A DNA stretch of 64,000 nucleotides from Octopus vulgaris (Eukaryota): positions 23,064,001 to 23,128,000 of the forward strand of contig OX597836.1 of NCBI GenBank assembly GCA_951406725.2, given 5' to 3'. Below, piece after piece: positions 13,771 to 27,508 of this stretch. The first letter of the stretch is position 1; each line of letters opens with the position of its first letter. The notes under the pieces were generated by a model. The model did not search any database and had not been told where the DNA came from. It worked only from the letters and a program-made list of their open reading frames with translations. The position numbers and the translations under genes were made by a program.

Positions 13771-14559
13771 ATGGATATCTTGTTAGACCACTAAATACTG
13801 CCTTGGGGGATTCTCTTATAGAGGTACTTGGTGCATAGAAGTACACACATAGATTGTAGCAGACAAGAAACGTCTATCATGGGTGCCAGAATTCCTATAT
13901 CATGTAATTTCATTCCACTGGAAATCTTCAGGTCTCGACATGCCAGTCACACCTCATTGCTACAATATATAGAACATCAGCATCTCACAGATGTCACGAA
14001 TACCAGCAGACTTATTAAGAACTAGCTGGCCCCATGCCATCAAAAATGATGGCTAATTGTAGTATTTTACATATAAATAAAGTACATAATCAGATACAAA
14101 CGTTCACTTACTTCCCTTGTACATGCACACACATATATTCACGCATAGTTGAAACACTGTTTGATTTTCCTTTTCAGCATTGAATGTTCACTCACACAAA
14201 CAAACATTCACATTTTGCCATCACCGCTTCCTTCCTTATTCATCTATCACCCCTTACAAGAGTGTTATTATATCACCATCCCACTTCCACTGCACACACA
14301 CACACACACACACACAAACATTCACATATCTCCCTTTTAACATACACACACATATATTCACGCAGAGTTGAAACGCTGTTTGATTTTTTTCTTTTCACCG
14401 TAGTACTTCCATCATCCCACTACCAAATTTGCCATCACCACTTCGTTCCTTATTCATCAATCACTCCTTCCTTTCTCATTCATATGTTGCGACAGAGAAA
14501 AACACACAAGTATTATTATAGTAGATTATTAGTGATGGAAGCAGGCGAATTTCAATAAG

Positions 14560-14753
14560 GAGAGTTTACAAAAAAAAAAAAACAAAAGACGAAGACAGGT
14601 GGTGTACAAAACAAACAGATGTATTAGTATAATGCTCAGGAATAGAAAAAGTCTTTTACGCTTCGAGCCTACGCTCTTCTACAGAAAGGGACACAGAAAA
14701 AACAAGGAGAGAAAAAAAATGTGTGTAGTGGCTAATGATCTGTCGTGGCGACT
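14560..14753 (-). mobile_element. Short retroelement end with hammerhead-like fold (same family as 58411-58584 +)
   Basis: 13-bp TSD GAATTTCAATAAG at 14547-14559 and 14754-14766; second copy sits between two (TA)n tracts. Confidence 0.7.
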
Positions 14754-15093
14754 GAATTTCAATAAGCCTGCTGGCTATTTGCAACACCAGTGTCTGAAAA
14801 GATGATTTATCGTAGTTGTGTGATTTCACTGGCATGTGGTGACTAGACGCTTCTCATTAATGATTTCCAGGAGAATAAAATCACACGATGTAGGAATTCT
14901 GGTACCTATGGCAGGTGATTCTTGTCTACTGGGAGCTATGCATATGCTTTTATGTACCAAACACTTACATGAAAGAATCTCTTGAAGCTAATAATGCAGT
15001 ATTTGGTCTTCTAACAAGCCATCCATATCAAGCTGAATATAAAGATTACATTTTGGTATTAATACTGCTTTCATCACAAATAATTCAAATATA

Positions 15094-15464
15094 CAAACAA
15101 TTGCAGCGTGGAAGGTGTTTGTAAGCCATTTAAGAAACACACAAAAGACGTTCGATTCACTTCAACATTTAAGTTTAATTTGTCAAAATATTTTCGTCGC
15201 TTTAAGAGCGCGACCTGTTCACTGACAAAAATCCGTGCTGCATCTCGGATTTTTGTCAGTGCTGCAGCACGGATTTTTGTCAGTGAACAGGTCGCGGTCT
15301 TAAAGCGACGAAAATATTTTGACAAATTAAACTTAAATGTTGAAGTGAATCGAACGGCTTTTGTGTGTTTCTTAAATGGCTTACAAACTCCTTCCACGCT
15401 GCAATTGTTTTCGTTTCAGCACACGATCTCAGATCAAATCACTTGCTATGCAAGTACATCTCCG
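15094..15464 (+). mobile_element. Fold-back insertion, probable Penelope-like element end with inverted duplication
   Basis: 148-bp inverted arms 15095-15242 / 15263-15410; 13-bp TSD TAATTCAAATATA at 15081-15093 and 15465-15477; same family single copy at 37967-38110. Confidence 0.75.
15276..15326 (+). ncRNA. Putative minimal type I hammerhead ribozyme, G3-C8 swapped core (inverted copy 15179-15229; further copy 37978-38027)
   Basis: TTTGTCA-GTGAACA-G-GTCGC(loop)GCGAC-GAA-AATATT-T-TGACAAA: 7-bp stem I, 5-bp stem II, palindromic stem III. Confidence 0.55.
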
Positions 15465-16017
15465 TAATTCAAATATATATATATATATAAAAATGAAAAA
15501 ATGCACATTAAGTACAGGACATCTCCAACAAGCGGAAAATACGTAAACACATATAAACATTATATTATTTGCTTGTTTTACATATGCTTTTCTCTGTCGG
15601 TATATGTTTGACAAAGACTTATTAAGACACTAATTTATAATTGGATGCTCATCCTGTTGCCAACCACAATCTGTTTCTTTAAGTAAGGAACCTTCTATTC
15701 TCTGGTTATCACAAGATGATGTATGACCGAAACAAAACAGGACAATGACATACACAAACAGTCAAATTCTTTATAATATAATATCAAAAACAAAAGAAAG
15801 AAAATAAAGAAAAATGAAAAAGAAAAAACATAAAGCAAAAAATCAAATCAAATGCAAAAAGTAAAAATAAAAATAAAAAGCAAATGCCACATTTTTTGAA
15901 AGGTTTCTTACTTTAGAAAATAAAACAGGAAGAATTTGATCAAGAAAGAAGGGAGATGCAGAATAAGTTTTAAATATCGGTATGTCAGTATTTCCTTTCA
16001 GATTGATACAGTTATAC

Positions 16018-16052
<35 letters not shown>

Positions 16053-17425
16053 AACCCATGCATACACACATACACACACACAAACCCATGCATACACACA
16101 CACATGTATGCATAATTAATAGAAGTCCAATAGAGAAAAGTTAGAAATACAACCTCCTGTCTGACTACAGCCCTAGGTTCCTTTGGGCTGAAATATCAAT
16201 GTTCACAATAAGAGACAGGATCAGACATGCAAACTAATGGATAGTTAAGGAGTTGCTAGGCAACCATCTGAATGACTAAAATTAATTACTGAAATAAAAA
16301 ATCTAGCATTGAAGGAACTTGGTGCCGGTCTGCGCTGGTAATAGCAGAGTTTAGGAAATTCAGTTGGCATGAGGAACGCAGAATGTAATGTTCCTGGCTC
16401 TTGCCCTTCACCTATAAGTGACAAAAAAGGAGAAATATGGTGTTGGCATTGTTTGTAATTCCCAGAGGAATGGTAAGAACTTAACAGAAAACCTCTTGTG
16501 AAATGGTTTAATATTGTGTACAGGCATACCTCACCCTAAGTCATTAATTGGTTCCAGGAGACCTGACTTATGTTGAATTTACTTGCCTCTAAGCTAAACC
16601 GATAATAACCATTCCCATTTCTGTACTTTATTTATGAATGCATTTTCAATAATATATCATCATCATCATCATCATTTAGCGTCCGTTTTCCATGCTAGCA
16701 TGGGTTGGACGGTTCAACTGGGGTCTGTGAAGCCAGAAGGCTTCATCAGGCCCAGTCAAATCTGGCAGTGTTTCTACGGCTGGATGCCCTTCCTAACGCC
16801 AACCACTCCGTGAGTGTAGTGGGTGCTTTTTACGTGCCACCCGCACAGGTGCCAGACAGAGCTGGCAAACAGCCATGAACGGATGGTGCTTTTTATGTGC
16901 CACCGGCACGAAGGCCAGGCGAGGCTGGCAATGGACACGAAACGGGGCGGTGCTGGCAACGGTCGTGAAACGGAAGGTTCTCTTACATGCCACCGGCACT
17001 GGTAACACATCTGCAATTTCCATTGATCGATTTCGAAAAACCTATTTTAAGCTTACAAACAAATAATTTTTATTTTTTAATACAGTACAGTATAAAAAAA
17101 GTAATCTAGATTTACGAATACAATTTGGTAGTGTTTACCGTACATCACGGACGCTTATTTATGAATACGGTTTGCAATAAGACACAGTAAAATAAAAGCC
17201 TTTTTTTAAGCTTAAAAAACAAATTCAGTAATAATTATTATTTCACAATAGTAAAAAAAAAACTAAATTATTTTAAATTTACCAACACGCACATACAATT
17301 TGGTGATTTCATTCACTAAGCTACACTACTTTATGGGGTGTATTATTTTTTTTAAAATTTTTATCTAGTTTCAGCTCACAAGCTGTGGCCATGCTGGGGC
17401 ACCGCCATTTAAAAAGGTAATGGAG

Positions 17426-17541
17426 TGCTTACAGCACCTAGGTTTCCCAAGCGGTCACCCATCTAAATACTAACTAAGCTTGATGTTGCTTAACTTCGAT
17501 GATCGGACGAGAACCGGTGCTTTCAACGTGATATGGCCGTA
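17426..17541 (-). pseudogene. 5S rRNA pseudogene/retrocopy, near full length
   Basis: Reverse complement TACGGCCATATCACGTTGAAAGCACCGGTTCTCGTCCGATC...GATGGGTGACCGCTTGGGAAACCTAGGTGCTGTAAGCA matches metazoan 5S; first ~3 nt missing; CpG-type transitions; fused to a LINE tail at 17359-17409. Confidence 0.9.
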
Positions 17542-19160
17542 TGTATCTTAACATTTACTGTACGTATTTTAATGATTTTATTTTTATTTATTGTACAGTA
17601 ACATAATTTTAAGTGCTTTTAACCGCTTTTTAGTGGTTTTACGATTCCAGACACACATAAAGTCGAGTAAAATGACTTCACTTGATTTTTATTTTTCCAT
17701 ATATTACTTTTGAAAACAACATATAATCGAGAACAACTTAAATCGAAATGACTTAAGCTGAGATATGGCTGTATATGAAAGTGGCGAGCAGGTTGAGTCA
17801 TTACTGCGCCAGGCAAAATGCTTAGCAGCATTTCAACCATCTTTACATTCCAAGTTCAAACTCCACCGAGGTAGGATTTGCCTTACATCCCTTTCCACAT
17901 TGATAAAATAAGTAGCACTTGAGCATCAGGGTCAATGTAATCGACTTGCTCCCTCCTTTGAACTCGTTGGCCTTGTGTCAAAATTTGAAACCAAGATTGT
18001 ATATTGTGTCTCTGGTATGTAGTCATAAGCTCAGTCCACTTAGCTGTCAAAGCAGATACCACACAGTCTCAGTGTTTTGTTGTAAATATTGACACCACTG
18101 CTACAATGATGACAATTGCTTGTCAATTTGCAGTTCTGGGTTCAAGTCTTCCAATGGGTTCAGTCAGAAAAAGCATTGAGATACACTGGTTCCTACCTAC
18201 ATGCCAAATATTCCATGATTCTTGTGTTATGGAATATAGCCTCTTGTTTCCATTTCTATGCCCAAATAAACCACATCCACAGTTATATTTCCTTGACTAT
18301 CGTCACCACCACCACCACCACAACCCCAGACCCACCTCTATGCCCGAATATACCACATCTACAACCATGGCCCCGTGATCCCTCTTAGACCCGTCTTTAT
18401 GCTAACTGAACTAGGTTTGTAACCAACAGCCTCTTGATTTTACAAATCTTTGCACCTGTTAGCTTAAGTTTAACTTGGATCCAGCTTCAGCCTCTGGTCC
18501 TAAAACACAATTAGGAAACAGTTTGTACAAGGTCTAAAAACAATGAGATGCGTTAATTCTTTAAAACACTGTCTATTAATATTAGAGTTATAATTTCTTC
18601 AGCAAAAATACTAAATTATAATATTTTCAACAAGTATGAGTTTCAGTCAGTTCCAGTGCACATTCAGATTCATGCATGCGAAGTTAAGGTGATGAACCAC
18701 ATACCATAGAGTTGCAAGTTCAAATCTTACTATGGTCATTGTATTGTGACCAGAGTAAAGCACATTACAACATGCTCCTGTTTATCGCACAAAAGAAATA
18801 GGCCTCACCCTTACCCCATGTTTGAACAGCAAGAAGTCATTTTTTTTTTCTTTCTTTTTGCCCACAGTAAAACAATCCCAAACATACAAACCAAGAAAAT
18901 TATAAGTGAGACAGTAAAAAGAGAGAGAAAATTATAAAATAAAGCCGATTTGTGTGTGTGAGTGTGTGCCTACATACATACATACATACATACATAAGTG
19001 TGCATATCTCATGTGTACCGTTGGCGATTTTTTTTCCTCTGTCTTCCCTTCTCCTATGTTTCCGACGAAGAGCTCCGCTCGAAACATTAAGCGTCCAATA
19101 ATACTATATTTGTTCCACGTCCTCGCTTTGTTGTGTTTTTTTGTGCTTTCTTGTTTGGAT

Positions 19161-19196
<36 letters not shown>

Positions 19197-20650
19197 CACA
19201 CACACACACACATACATACTTATACACACACACACACACACACACAAATACATATATAAATGAACTTAGTGAAAATATGTTGGTGACGTATTTTTACTTC
19301 TCAAGGCTAATACACTATAATTATTGTGGAGAAAATATTCTCTTATGGTAAAAGGTGTAAAAACACCATATCTGCCCAGTGTTGGCCTCTATCAGATTTC
19401 CAGACACAGCATTTCTGTTTCCTTAACCTTCTTCAATTGGAAATACCAGAGATAACCCTGGGTAGATTCAAAGCTATAACTTTATCTAAAAGCAGTGGAC
19501 TGTTTTTAGATTAAAGATACAGCTTTGAATCTGTCCAGGATTCACAATCCTTCCATCATTCCCATTTTCCTGTCTACTAATATGGTTATTTTATTGTCTT
19601 TTTTCTTTTTTTGCATGGCCTGTAAGTAAGTTGAACAACTGAGTAACAGTGGTTTAAGTTTGTAGCTATTTGATATTAAAAATAAAACATCAGTCTTGTA
19701 CCAACATTGACTGTTGCACGTTAAGCAGTGTGATAACCGAGTGAAAGAAAGCATAGTGTTGGAATTCCTGAAGATATTTCGGTCAAGGATAAAGAAAGGA
19801 TAAAAAAAAAAAAATGTGTTGAAAGGAATCCAAGATGAGAGAGAAACAAAAGAGGTGAAGTATTAGTAAAAGAATGTCTGGAAATAAAGATATACTCACA
19901 CCAAATAAAGTGATTACTTCGATCTGTCAGTCAAAGAGGATTTAATAATAGCAAATAATCAAAATTGAAATTAATATAAAACAAACAAGCTAGAAATAAC
20001 AATCATTGTATAATTGCGAGAGCCACATTGGAATGTAACTTCCATATCTGGAACTGTGATGTCTACTACACAGACATGTTAGACAATCACTAAAAGGAGG
20101 AAACCACAAGACAGATATGAAATTCATCATCAACGAATGCCAAGGTTTGGCCTATAATTAATTTTATTTTTTAGTATTTCCTTCAGACATAGAGCAATTT
20201 TCTCTATAAGTGATATATTCAGTAAAGTTTAATTATATAATAGATAACTACAGACACCTGCAGTAAAGATAAATATAGCTGCCACGTCTATAAGAGATTC
20301 TTCACTAAAGATTATTTATATAATTGCCATGCCTTCTATGAGATCCCTGCAGTGAAGATAGATATATTAACCATGTCTATAACAAGAGATAAGTTCTTTG
20401 ACCCTATGGTATTTAGATTACTGTAAAATGTCATGCTTATTTATTCATTGTTTTGAATTTATCCTGTATTACTTTGTAGCCTTGAGATTTTGAAGTAGTT
20501 GTTTATGCTCAAAATGATATTCTGGGATAGGTGTGAGATGCCAGATCTGGTCAGTTTGAACATAAAGCAAGTAGAATATTTTGGCCAGACGTAGCCAATT
20601 TAAATGCTAAAGGGTTAAAAATTATTTATATAACAGTCAAGAGAACACTA

Positions 20651-20890
<240 letters not shown>

Positions 20891-20894
20891 TCAA

Positions 20895-21240
20895 TAGGAG
20901 AGAACTTCTGACTCTTACTGGAGGTAAGGCAAGGAGCAGAATCCTGCTGCCACACATATGGCCTTCAAGTAGCAACACTCTCCAGCTACAGATTGATCAG
21001 TCTTCAGCAGCTTCACATAGCCATCTGAATTGAGCTTAAGTTCTGATGGCTATCCCCTGTTCAAAGATGTGGGGATGAATTCCAGCATGCAGACACAGTC
21101 AGAATGCTTGCTGTATCCCTTTCTGCTGGTTATGGCTTTTTATGACACATTTTACAGTTTTTACAGTGTTCACAGATGAGATTTACACCTCATAAGTGAA
21201 TATAAGAGATTTACATGTCAGAACTGAATGTAAAGATTAT
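20895..21240 (-). mobile_element. Tc1/mariner transposase fragment
   Basis: WQQDSAPC motif (second catalytic D); similar to 61750-61980. Confidence 0.65.
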
Positions 21241-22441
21241 CACAGCAAAGAGATAATCATGTGTAGGAACATGATTTAATTGTTGGTTTCAAATTTTCGC
21301 AGAAGGCCAGAAATTTCTGGGGAGGAGGTAAGTCAATTACATTGACCCCCAAAGGATGAAAGGAAAAATCGATCTCAGAGGAATTTGAACTTGGAATGTA
21401 AAGACAGACAAAAATGCCTCTAAGCGTTTCACCCAGCATGCTAACAATTCTGCCAGTTTGTTGCCTGACATGTATTAATTATTGCTAGATGTCAGTTATA
21501 TAAGTTAACAACATAACTGTAAAGTTAGCATGGTATCATATAAAAAGTACGGTTAGACAAATCAGAACAACTTGCCTAAGGCTTTAATACTAAGCAGGTA
21601 CAAAAATGACTTGTATTCTAAGTCAATAAAGACTCTCTTTAAATATGTTTGTATTACATTCCTTTCCTTCTTTAATTGGATCTGAAGGTTCAAACAACAA
21701 AATTTTCTCTGAGAATAGAAGACATTCTAAGGAAAGAGGAATCAACTATCACAACTTGTTAATGTAGGGAGATAATTTTCTGTCAAGATTTTAATACTTA
21801 TTGGTTTCAAATTCTAGCACAAGCCCAGCAAGTTTGAAGGAGGGGTCACATCGATTATATTGACTCCACAGGTGGCGAGCTGGCAGAATCGTTAGCACGC
21901 TGGGTGAAATGCGTAGCCATATTTCGTCTGCCGTTACGTTCTGAGTTCGAATTCCGCCGAGGTCGACTTTGCCTTTCATCTTTTCGGGGTCGATAAATAA
22001 AGTACCAGTTACGCATTGGGGTCGATGTAATCAACTTAATCCCTTTGTCTGTCTTTGTTTGTCTCCTCTATGTTTAGCCCCTTGTGGGTAGTAAAGAAAT
22101 ATATATTGACCCCAATCCTCAACTTGTATAATTTTATCAACCCTGGAAGAATGAAAGGTAAAGTCAATCTCAGTGGAATTTGAACTCAGAACGTAAAGAT
22201 GGAAGAAATACCGTTAAGTATTTTGCTCAGCATGCTAACAATTCTACCAGCTTGTTGCCTTTTGATTTTAATACAAATTGCTTTTCTAACTATGGAAGGA
22301 GGCACAAACACAGTTGGACAGATACACATCACATGGAGGGAGAAAGGAGAGGAAAAGTTTTCTGATAAAGGGCATTCATGCAAATTTATATGACTATACA
22401 TACATGTGAAAATATATACACACAAAATGAAGACATCTTAC

Positions 22442-22576
22442 CTCTTTGCAGTCTAGGCCCAAACTAACTCCATCAATTTGTAAATCTGTAATAAGGACCT
22501 CATAATACCGCTCTTTCTGGATTGGTGTGAAGTACATCGGACCTTGGTACATACTTTCATCAATGTTGCCCAAAAC
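22442..22576 (-). CDS. BACE: BACE-like exon 5: VLGNIDESMYQGPMYFTPIQKERYYEVLITDLQIDGVSLGLDCKE
   Basis: Acceptor taccag, donor GAG|GTAAGA; 135 nt; YYEV and DCKE motifs. Confidence 0.96.
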
Positions 22577-22629
22577 CTGGTAATGATCAAAAAACAACAC
22601 CTTAACTTGCATACATACACACACCTGCA

Positions 22630-22973
22630 CAGGGGGACCCACTTCGGTCACGACACTGACCATGGGATTGCACCTAGAAAGTTACCCTCCTAGACACAAG
22701 TCTGGGCAAGGTGGTTTATGGAAGACCAGCAGTTGCCCATGCATACCGGCCTCCCCCCTCCACGCCTCCAGCGTTATCCAAAGGAAAGGCAAAGGGGCCG
22801 ATACAGCTTGGCACCAGTGACGTCGCAACTCATTTCTACAGCTGAGTTAACTGGAGCAACGTGAAATAAAGTGTCTTGCTCAAGAACACAACACGCAGCC
22901 CAGTCCGGGATTCAAACTCACAACCTCACGATCGTAAGCTCGACACTCTAACCACTGAGCCTCGCGCCTTCAC
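22630..22973 (-). mobile_element. tRNA-derived SINE family E (also 34155-34489, partial 44790-44955)
   Basis: Head GGCTCAGTGGTTAGAG...GAGTTTGAATCCC, then GTGTTCTTGAGCAAGACACTT. Confidence 0.75.
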
Positions 22974-23794
22974 AAAAACAAAACTAATCACACACACAAG
23001 ACAAAACTAATTTTCATACACACACACACACACACACACACCATAACTACCATCATCATCGTCATCATTTAGCATCTATTTTCTATGTTGACATGGGTAA
23101 GGTGGTTTGACTAGAACAGGTAAGCTGGACAGATGCACCAGGCTCCAGTCTGTTTTGGCTTGGTTTCTATGGCTGGATGCCCTTCCTAATGCCAACCACT
23201 CCATAGAGTTACCAAGTGTCTTTTATGTATCACCAGCATGGGTGCCTTTTATGTCACTACACAAAGAACCTAAACTGAGTTACACAGATGCATTGCTAAC
23301 ATTCTCTGCACACATCAGGACAAACAGCCACAGCTATTCTTTCACATAATAACAACCCAAACATATTAACCCTTTAGCATTCAGATTATTTTGTCAAATG
23401 TAATGCTTATTTGATGACATTGCTTTGAATTAATCATGCATTATCACATGGCTTCAAGAGTTTGATGATGTGATTGAATAATTTCAGAATAACATTGTGA
23501 CACGTAAAAAGCACCCACTACACTGTTCAGGTGGCACGTAAAAAGCACTCACTACACTCACAGAGTTGTTGGCATTAGGAAGGGCATCCAGCTGTAGAAA
23601 CACTGCCAGATCAGACTGGGCCTGGCACAGCCTTCTGGCTTCCCAGACCCCAGTTGAACCGTCCAACCCATGCTAGCATGGAAAACGGATGTTAAACGAT
23701 GATGATGATAGGTGTGAAGGGCCAAATCTGGCTGGATTGAACATAAGACAGGTAGAATATTTTGGCCAGAATATTTTAGCTGGTTTAAATGCTA

Positions 23795-24109
<315 letters not shown>

Positions 24110-25192
24110 TTATTTTTGAGGACGAAAACATTTCAGGATCTTATTTTAGGGAGCACATCACGACAGTTTTGATTGTAGGGACATATCAAATGTGATTTAA
24201 ACCCTCCAGTTTATATTTTCATATTCAGCGGTGGTGCCTCAGCATGGCCACGGCCTTCGGGCTAAAACATTTTTAAGGATTTTAAGGATTTAGTATGATA
24301 TGTGTGTGTGTGTGGGTGTGTGATATAACAACCAAAATTCTCCATAAAGTAACATAGGCTCAAGAAAAAAAACAAAACAATTCATAGCAGGATATGGCTG
24401 TGGAGTAAAAAGATTGCTTCCCAACCACATGGTTTCCGGTTCAATCCCATTGCTTGGTACCTTGGACAAGTGGCTTCCATTACAGCTTTGGGCTGACCAA
24501 AGCTTTGTAAGTGGATCTGGTAGACATGTGGTATGTTGCCACATGTGCTAGTCACCCCCATTGGTCTGCTGCCGCCAACTTCTGTGAAGATGAAGGTTAT
24601 TTATCTCTTCATACCTCACTGAACGTACAATGAGAAGAAACAGTAATCAATGCACATAGTAGAGTTTATATATCGGAACTACAGGCCATAATGCTGACCA
24701 TTCCTATCTAGTCACTGGCAATACACTGTGATCCAAGTGAAAAGAATTAAGGTCTCAATGAGCTGGCCAGTGATGGTGACCATTTGAATTTGGAAAAATA
24801 GCAGCAAAATGTCCCTTAAATAATGTCCTATTATCATTAAAAAAAATACATATTGAAGAATGAAGTCCTAGATATATGTTGTATAAAAGGATGGTTACGA
24901 CTGAGATATATTTTATCACGGGTCTGCTAGCCAATGATGAAAAGTGTGTAGATGGTTGTTAAACAACAATAAGGAAGGACAAAATCTGATATAGTCTTAG
25001 ATACACAATGCTTAAACCAAAAGAAAAAAAAAACAGGATGATCTAACTGGAATATCTTTGGTAATAGGTCTGCTGTATCAGGTGTAACCCAGGGCTAAAC
25101 CACAACTTAGATCTTGCTATCCATACAAAGGACTTTCTTATTTGCAGGAAACAAATCAAAAAATGTTTAAGCAGCAAATGAATAAATATTCA

Positions 25193-25597
<405 letters not shown>

Positions 25598-26704
25598 TTA
25601 CATGCCACCAGCACGAGGACCAGTCAGGCGGTACTGGCAATGACCTCGCTCAAATCTTTTTACACATGCCAGTGAAGCGACGTTAGTAACGATCAAGCTC
25701 GAATGGTGCCCTTTTACATGCCACAGGTACGGAAGCCAGTTGGCTGCTCTGGCAACGATCACGCTCGGATTGTGCTCTTGGCACCCTACTAGCACAGGCA
25801 TAAGTGCCAGTATCTGTATATATGAATGCACATGTGTAAGTGTATAGTACTATGTTAAGAAAATACAAGCTTGAAGGTCTTAAAAAGACCAAAGGCCACA
25901 CTGGCTAATGTAGTTCAAGAAATACTATAACTGAATAAAAGACAGGATGGTCGCAGTTGAAATGCCTTGCGATAATAGAATGGTAATGATGGAAGGCATT
26001 CATAGAGTGGTTAAACAACAAGGACGGACAAGTTGAATAACATCTAAGAAATGAAATCGGGATTGTTATAACTGGAACCGATGTTATGGTAAAAAGGACC
26101 TCAAAGCCATTGTTAAATGTTTAATAAGTGACCTTCCATACCAAAGCCTGTCTGTTACAAAAGACTGACTGAAAATACATAGTAATAATGATAACAACGA
26201 TTATTTTTTAATTAAATCATTACATGCTAAATCTACGATCTTTGTCAGTCCTGTAAGACAGGTGAGATAAATGCAGTTAACATTTAGTTTGAATTTCTGT
26301 GTCTCACTCACAGATACAGCACAATGACTGTGGTAAGATTTGAACCTTTAACCACGTGACCAAACAAATCTTGCAGTCATTTTGGCACAAGGCCAGCTGT
26401 TTCAGGGACGGGGTTAAGTCAGTTACATTGCCCCCAGTGCTCAGCTGGTACTTTATTGATCCCAAAAGTATGAAAGAATTTGAACTCAGAATGTGCAGAT
26501 GGACGAAATGCCACTTAACTGCAGGCCATGGTGGAGTACCACCTTTAGTCGAGCAAATCGACCCCAGGACTTATTCTTTGTAAGCCTAGTATTTATTCTA
26601 TCCGTCTCTTTTGCTGAACCGCTAAGTTACGGGGCGGTAAACACACCAGCATCGGTTGTCAAGCGATGTTGGCGGGACAAACACAGACACACACAAACAT
26701 ATAC

Positions 26705-26755
<51 letters not shown>

Positions 26756-27379
26756 CGACGGGCTTCTTTCAGTTTCCATCTACCAAATCCACTCACAAGG
26801 CTTTGGTCGGCCTGAGGCTATAGTAGAAGACACTTGCCCAAGGTGCCATGCAGTGGGACTGAACCCAGAACCATGTGGTTGGTAAGCAAGCTACTTACAA
26901 CACAGCCACTCCTCTGTAACTTTTTAAAAAATTTTTCTGGAAAAAGTGAAATATCTCCTGAGATTCAGCTTGGGAAACTACATTAATATACCAAATAAAA
27001 TTTTCAATTAATTTTGAATTTTCGAAAATTGGCAACCAAACTGAAAAGATCCCAGAGAGGCAATATTTATCCCCACTTAAACGTGGATGTTTTATCAGAA
27101 CAAACTTTACTGCAGTAGATACCATGAAAGAATTTCTCAAATGGGCTTTTGGTGCAAAATGCATGTTTGTTTATCTCCCTGCTGTGGACAAGAATGCATT
27201 TTACACCAAAAATCAATCTGAGATTTTTTACTCATGGTAACTCATGGTAACTATAGAACAATATAAATTGTTCTAACAGGATATCAACATTTAAGTGAGG
27301 ACGAGTATTACCTCTTAGTATTAATACTGTTTCTGTCGTTAAGAAATATTTTTCAACAGACAATGAATACTGATGTTAT

Positions 27380-27419
<40 letters not shown>

Positions 27420-27420
<1 letters not shown>

Positions 27421-27508
27421 CTTCTTTGTGGAAGTATTTTGTGATAAGATCATTAGGAGTCGCTGCTATAGCAAAGTTGCTACTTCCTGTGTCAATTAAG
27501 ATGTTCAT
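27420..27508 (-). CDS. BACE: BACE-like exon 2: MNILIDTGSSNFAIAATPNDLITKYFHKE(E), first catalytic Asp (DTGS)
   Basis: Manual translation; acceptor ttgcag, donor GA|GTAAGT; 89 nt, phase 0 to 2. Confidence 0.97.

Noticed and set aside
15074-15467. Near-identical ORFs on both strands (MEGVCKPFKKHTK...)
   Set aside because: Artefact of the DNA palindrome, not a protein
16246-16411. Possible extra or alternative BACE exon after acceptor-like cttatag
   Set aside because: No protease similarity, no suitable donor, and exons 6 and 7 already join in frame
17426-17541. Functional 5S rRNA gene
   Set aside because: Missing 5' nucleotides, transitions that disrupt stems, solitary, and fused to a LINE tail
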